DNA of 64,000 nucleotides from Candidatus Fermentibacterota bacterium (lineage in GTDB: Bacteria > Fermentibacterota > Fermentibacteria > Fermentibacterales > JCC-6), in NCBI GenBank assembly GCA_963845085.1, contig CAWJQI010000004.1, forward strand, positions 256,001 to 320,000. Reading direction: 5' to 3'. A program made the translations under genes and the position numbers. Within the stretch, counting starts at the first letter, position 1. Every line of letters begins with the position of its first letter. A model generated the notes under the pieces. That model was given only the letters and a program-made list of their open reading frames with translations, did no database searches and had not been told where the DNA came from. Below are positions 58,331 through 64,000 of this stretch, in pieces.

Positions 58331-59234
58331 TCCCCACTCTCCTGTAAAGCCCGGTGGACTTCCAGCGGCGGTGCGCCCACCAGTAGTGATCCGGGTTCTC
58401 CCTCACCGCTTCCTCAAGAACCCTGGTGTACCTGGCCGTGATCTCGAGTTCTGCCTCTTCCTTCGATAGATCGGTCCGCGGGTAAAGCACCGCCCGCAAT
58501 ACATACCTCTGATACGGGCCACGGGTTCTCACCATGAAACTGCAGGAGATAGGAACTCCGAGTTTCACGCTGAACGCGGCGGCGCCCCTTGGGGTCGAAG
58601 CGGGGAATCCGAAGAACGGCACCACCAGGCCGCTCTTTCCGGCGTCCTGGTCACTGAGCCATGAAGCTGCGCCCCCGTTCTTCGCAATTTCAATTATGCC
58701 GCGCATCGCTGCGTCACGGGTGAGCAGCCTGTTCCCGTGCGAGCCTCTCAGACGGTTTATATGGCCGTCGACAAGGGCGTTCCTCTGCTCGCCCACGAGA
58801 AAGGCCGTTCCGGGCTTCAGGAACCCCGTCATTATCCCGCCGTACTCCCAGTTGCCGTAGTGAAAGCTTATCGCAAGCAGACCGGTTCCGCAGGCGAGGA
58901 ATTGCTCGAGTGCCGGGGTCTGTTCCACCGAGACGTACTTCCCGGCGTATTCCCTGTTCATGCGGGGCTGCCTTGCAAACTCCACCATGAACCTTCCGGC
59001 GTTCCGGTAGGAGTCGCGTCCGATCCTGTCGATGCCCCGAGGGTCAAGGTCGGGGAACGCCTGGCGGATGTTGATGCGGCAGACGCCCTTCCTCAAGCCG
59101 AAAACGCTCCAGCAGATCCGTCCGAGAAGGGACCCCATGGCCAGGGCCGCCCTGAGGGGCAACGCGTTGACAAACGCCGACACCGCCATCAGTGCACAGT
59201 ATTGCACGCCGTGACTGAACCCGCGTTTGCTCAT
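58323..59234 (-). CDS. lpxL: Lipid A biosynthesis acyltransferase (LpxL/HtrB family)
   Basis: HYGNWE, SDQD, VPFFG and PDHYWW.HRRWK. Confidence 0.88.
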   Translation of the reverse strand: MSKRGFSHGVQYCALMAVSAFVNALPLRAALAMGSLLGRICWSVFGLRKGVCRINIRQAFPDLDPRGIDRIGRDSYRNAGRFMVEFARQPRMNREYAGKYVSVEQTPALEQFLACGTGLLAISFHYGNWEYGGIMTGFLKPGTAFLVGEQRNALVDGHINRLRGSHGNRLLTRDAAMRGIIEIAKNGGAASWLSDQDAGKSGLVVPFFGFPASTPRGAAAFSVKLGVPISCSFMVRTRGPYQRYVLRAVLYPRTDLSKEEAELEITARYTRVLEEAVRENPDHYWWAHRRWKSTGLYRRVGNA

Positions 59235-60364
59235 TGCTTCGCCGTCCTGACAAACAGGGACTTTATCCCGACGGCGTTCTCGGGGCAGAGCTCATGGCAG
59301 CACAGGCACATAATGCATTTTCCCCGCTTCATGTAGGCGCGCCCCTTTCTTATCTCGATGGCGTCGACGGGGCAGCTTCTGGCACAGAACCCGCAACCCG
59401 TGCATCTTTCGTTCGACCTGGGAGCAACCCTGAAAAGACCCCTTGCCACGGTGCCCAGGAACGGAGGCACGCTGTTCAGCCATGACCTTCCGGGTATCCG
59501 AAAATCCTCGAACCTGTGGGAACCGTGGATGGAAATATCCTTCAGGTCCTTCCCGAGCCCCCTCTTTCTGGCTTCCCGGGTGGTGTCGAGTTCCTGCGGT
59601 GGAAGGCCTGCCATCGCGCACATCGCAGAATCGAGGCACACGCCGTCCCTGGCGACGGCCAAAACCCCGTCGAGCCTCGGCCTTCCGTCGGTGCTCGGTC
59701 CCCTGCCATCCATCGCGAGGATGCAGTCGGAAATGTGAAGGTCGAAACGGGCGGCCTCGTAGAGGTCCACGATGTTCACGGCCAGATCCCTGGGTCGGGG
59801 CGAGCGTGTGTGAAGCATGGCTTTGCCCAGCCCCGGCACGATCCCGAAGCAGTTCTTCACCGCGTTCGTCATGCGGGTGTACGAGTGAGTCTTGAACTTG
59901 CAGAGGTTGATCCTGAGATCGAAGCCTTCAAGAATGGGGATTGCGATGTCGTACTCCCTGCCCCGTACAACGACCTTCCTGGAGCCTGAGCTCTCGAAGT
60001 TGACAAGACCGATGCCGGTCTCCCTGCACATTTCGAGGTAGCCGCAGTTCTTCCAGTACCTTTCCACGCCCCTCACCGCGCCGCCCGGGCTGTCGCCGAG
60101 AAAAACGGTGCAGCCCCTGGCCATGAGACAGAGCCCCACTGCGGCTGCAACCTCGGGATGCGTTGTGATTCCCCTCTCGGGGCTCTTGGCGGCGAGCATG
60201 TTCACCTTGAGAAGGACCCTTGCGCCGGGAACGGCCGACCCGGGCCATCCCCCCGCAAGGGGCACCATCTCCTCAAGCGCTGCGATGATCGTTTCACGCC
60301 GGTACCCGTCGAAACCGTCCCGCAGCACCACGTCAAAGGTGTTCGTACTACCGGGCGCAGACAC
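59231..60364 (-). CDS. DUF362 domain + 2x[4Fe-4S] protein
   Basis: VLLKVN, TTHPEV, KFKTH...T.AVKN.FG and MDG.GP; CTGCGFCARSCP and CIMCLCCHELCP. Confidence 0.9.
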   Translation of the reverse strand: MSAPGSTNTFDVVLRDGFDGYRRETIIAALEEMVPLAGGWPGSAVPGARVLLKVNMLAAKSPERGITTHPEVAAAVGLCLMARGCTVFLGDSPGGAVRGVERYWKNCGYLEMCRETGIGLVNFESSGSRKVVVRGREYDIAIPILEGFDLRINLCKFKTHSYTRMTNAVKNCFGIVPGLGKAMLHTRSPRPRDLAVNIVDLYEAARFDLHISDCILAMDGRGPSTDGRPRLDGVLAVARDGVCLDSAMCAMAGLPPQELDTTREARKRGLGKDLKDISIHGSHRFEDFRIPGRSWLNSVPPFLGTVARGLFRVAPRSNERCTGCGFCARSCPVDAIEIRKGRAYMKRGKCIMCLCCHELCPENAVGIKSLFVRTAKQ

Positions 60365-62657
60365 GGTTCTTGCCGGCTCTCTTTGCGCAGTACATCCGTT
60401 GATCGGCCATCTCGAAAAGCTCGTCCCGCTCGCGGCTGTCGGCGGGGAAACTTGCGACCCCGAGGCTCACGCTTACACACCCGCCGGGCTGCGTATCGGC
60501 GTGGGGAATGTCGGAGTTGGCGTCGAGCACCCGCTGGCGTATGCGTTCCGCGACCTCCTCGGCGACCCTTATGTCGGTGAGGGGGAGGATGCAAACGAAT
60601 TCCTCGCCCCCGTACCGCACAGGGATGTCAACCTCGCGAAGGGCGTTCCGCACTGCGACGGTGAGCCGCTTGAGAAGAAGGTTTCCCATGGGATGGCCGA
60701 AGGCGTCGTTGTACACCTTGAAATCGTCGATGTCCAGAACGATGAGGGAGAAGGGGTACCCGTATCTGCTTGCCCTGTCGAACTCCTCGGCGTACTTCTC
60801 CTCGAAGTATCTCAGGTTGTGAAGGCCGGTCAGCCTGTCCCGGCGGGCCATGTCGAAGAGCTCGTCCTGCATGAGGGCGCTCTCCACGGCGCCTGCGGCC
60901 TGCTCGGCTATCTTCTGTATCCTTCTCACGTCACCGGATTCGTAGCGGTATGCGACCGGGCTCTGAAGGTCGATGGCGCCGACGACCCTGCCCTGGCTGA
61001 CCATGGGCACGACCAGCTCGCTCGCGGTGCCCTCCTGGTTGGCCACGTAGTCAATGGTCTGGCTGGTGTCGCGGATGTTCACGGGCCTCGCGGAGTAGAC
61101 GGCCCGAAGAACCGCCCCCCTGCCGCCAGGCGTCATCTTGAGGACCTGCCCGACGGGCGACCATTCCTCCCTGTAGCCCCTCTCGGCCTTCACCACCATC
61201 ACTTCGGGAACAGCCCCCTCGTCGAGGTTTCCGGCCAGCAGGACGGATATGCTCTCCCGCGGGTAAAGCCTTTGCAGAGTCTTCAGGAGTGTGCTGCAGA
61301 CCGAGTCGATGTCGGACACGGCCTGAAGCTCGCGGGATATGCCGGAGATGGTCTCGAGCTCCTGGGTCCTGTCCTGCAGCTCGAGACCCAGCTGGTACTC
61401 CCTCGTCATGTCGCTGAATACGATCTTCACCTTCTCCACGACCCTCGTCCTGCCTGAAACGGGAAGGTACCGCACCTCGAGAACCCTCTCGTTCGCATTG
61501 TCCGCTATCACGCCCGACGCTGATTCCGGGTTGCCCTCGAATGCGGAAGCTGCAAGGTCCTCCTGATCAACGCCCCGCAGAGTGATGGAAGCGTTGAATG
61601 CCTCTCCGACAAGCTGGTGCGGTTCGCGGCCGAGGAGGGAGGCCGTGTTCCCCCTTGCCTCGGTGATCAGGCCTTCGGAGTTCACGCAGATGACGGCGCT
61701 GCCGAGGATGTCGAGCAGTTCGGCCGATTCATCGTTGAACCTGTTCACCTTTTCCTGAGTGATCAGACCCAGAAGGTTTCCGGCAGCCATGTCGGCGAGC
61801 ATTTTCACGCCTTCGGCGGCCCAGGGCCTGAACGGTCTTCCGGTTACGCCCCGGTCGGCCCGGATAAGTCCCAGCACTTCCCCCCCCGCCACAATGGGCG
61901 TGTCGAGGTAGTCGTGGGTTCCGGACCATTCGATTATCCCGGCCGGAGTGTCGAGGGTCACGGAGTGAACCTGCCTTCTGTCCCTGACTGCGATGACGGC
62001 AGGAGCCTCGGACTTTCTCAGCTCGATGGGCTTGTTCGAGATGCCTGTACCCATCGCCACCTGAACGTCGAACCGGGAACCCTCCGATTGCCGGCAGCCG
62101 CCCCAGACACGTTCAAATCCCATCCCGACAAGCACCGCCACGGCAATCCTTCTGAAAAGGTCCTGCACCGTGACGGAATTCCTGATCCCCTCGGCGAGAC
62201 CCGTAACCGTTTCGAGCCGTTCCAGCTGTTCAAGAAGGCTTTCGGACAGGGCGTGGAGAACCTGCTCACCGTCGAGGCGCGTGACGGACTGGCTGCCGCG
62301 GCCGCCGTCCATGAGGGCATTGAGTTTTCTCGCAAGGCTTTCCGGGGGGTGGGAATAGGGAAGCACCGCATCGGCCCGTGCGAGTTCGGATCTTGAACGG
62401 AGATGCCTGTTGCCGTCGGGGATGGAGAGGATCACCGGAATGCCGGAGGTGCACGGGTGTGATTTGAGGAAGCGGCAAAGACGGATTCCGTCGAGGAAGG
62501 GCAGAAGCGCCGATGCAACCACTGCTCCGGGCTGGCTTTCGCAGGCGCGCCCCGCGGCCTCCATGCCGTTCTCGGCGGTAAGCACCGCAAGACCCTCCTT
62601 CTGGAGGGCCTTGACGGTGGTTTCCCTGAGCGTGGAACCGCCCATGGCCAGAAGCAC
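60348..62657 (-). CDS. Diguanylate cyclase: receiver-like / GAF / PAS / GAF / GGEEF
   Basis: DRLTGLHN, DIDDFKVYND.FGH, RxxD I-site REVD and RYGGEEF. The N-terminal receiver-like domain lacks the phospho-Asp. Confidence 0.9.
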   Translation of the reverse strand: MLLAMGGSTLRETTVKALQKEGLAVLTAENGMEAAGRACESQPGAVVASALLPFLDGIRLCRFLKSHPCTSGIPVILSIPDGNRHLRSRSELARADAVLPYSHPPESLARKLNALMDGGRGSQSVTRLDGEQVLHALSESLLEQLERLETVTGLAEGIRNSVTVQDLFRRIAVAVLVGMGFERVWGGCRQSEGSRFDVQVAMGTGISNKPIELRKSEAPAVIAVRDRRQVHSVTLDTPAGIIEWSGTHDYLDTPIVAGGEVLGLIRADRGVTGRPFRPWAAEGVKMLADMAAGNLLGLITQEKVNRFNDESAELLDILGSAVICVNSEGLITEARGNTASLLGREPHQLVGEAFNASITLRGVDQEDLAASAFEGNPESASGVIADNANERVLEVRYLPVSGRTRVVEKVKIVFSDMTREYQLGLELQDRTQELETISGISRELQAVSDIDSVCSTLLKTLQRLYPRESISVLLAGNLDEGAVPEVMVVKAERGYREEWSPVGQVLKMTPGGRGAVLRAVYSARPVNIRDTSQTIDYVANQEGTASELVVPMVSQGRVVGAIDLQSPVAYRYESGDVRRIQKIAEQAAGAVESALMQDELFDMARRDRLTGLHNLRYFEEKYAEEFDRASRYGYPFSLIVLDIDDFKVYNDAFGHPMGNLLLKRLTVAVRNALREVDIPVRYGGEEFVCILPLTDIRVAEEVAERIRQRVLDANSDIPHADTQPGGCVSVSLGVASFPADSRERDELFEMADQRMYCAKRAGKNRVCAR

Positions 62658-62684
62658 TTCAGGCCTGTTCAGGGCGTGTCCCTC

Positions 62685-64000
<1,316 letters not shown>

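Overview
This is a GC-rich, gene-dense bacterial chromosomal window, read mostly on the minus strand. I see no rRNA, tRNA, CRISPR array or mobile element. The gene content suggests a diderm anaerobe of the FCB group, possibly Fermentibacterota (inference only): T9SS-like C-terminal domains, QTDWSGG/FG-GAP proteins, six-bladed propeller lipoproteins, LpxL, a tungsten-type AOR and PpdK. It encodes signalling proteins (CheR-PAS-kinase, PAS hybrid kinase, two diguanylate cyclases), a two-permease RND system, a MacAB-TolC-type exporter, oligopeptidase B, a DinB cassette, envelope genes and housekeeping genes. The standout is a gene the ORF track truncates, at 21257-21877 (+). It has a strong RBS and a signal peptide, then an in-frame UGA in a C-A-S-U (CxxU) motif immediately followed by a bacterial SECIS-like hairpin. 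This makes it a candidate secreted selenoprotein that does not look like a thioredoxin-fold protein. Other points of interest are a GGDEF-STAND-like ATPase-TPR protein, an SOS-box-like palindrome inside the promoter of a DUF6504-like/dinB/DUF72 cassette, and a shared GTTACA-type direct repeat upstream of two DUF2141-like genes flanking the ABC exporter. Several genes carry indels that may be assembly errors. All family assignments come from motif recognition, not database searches.
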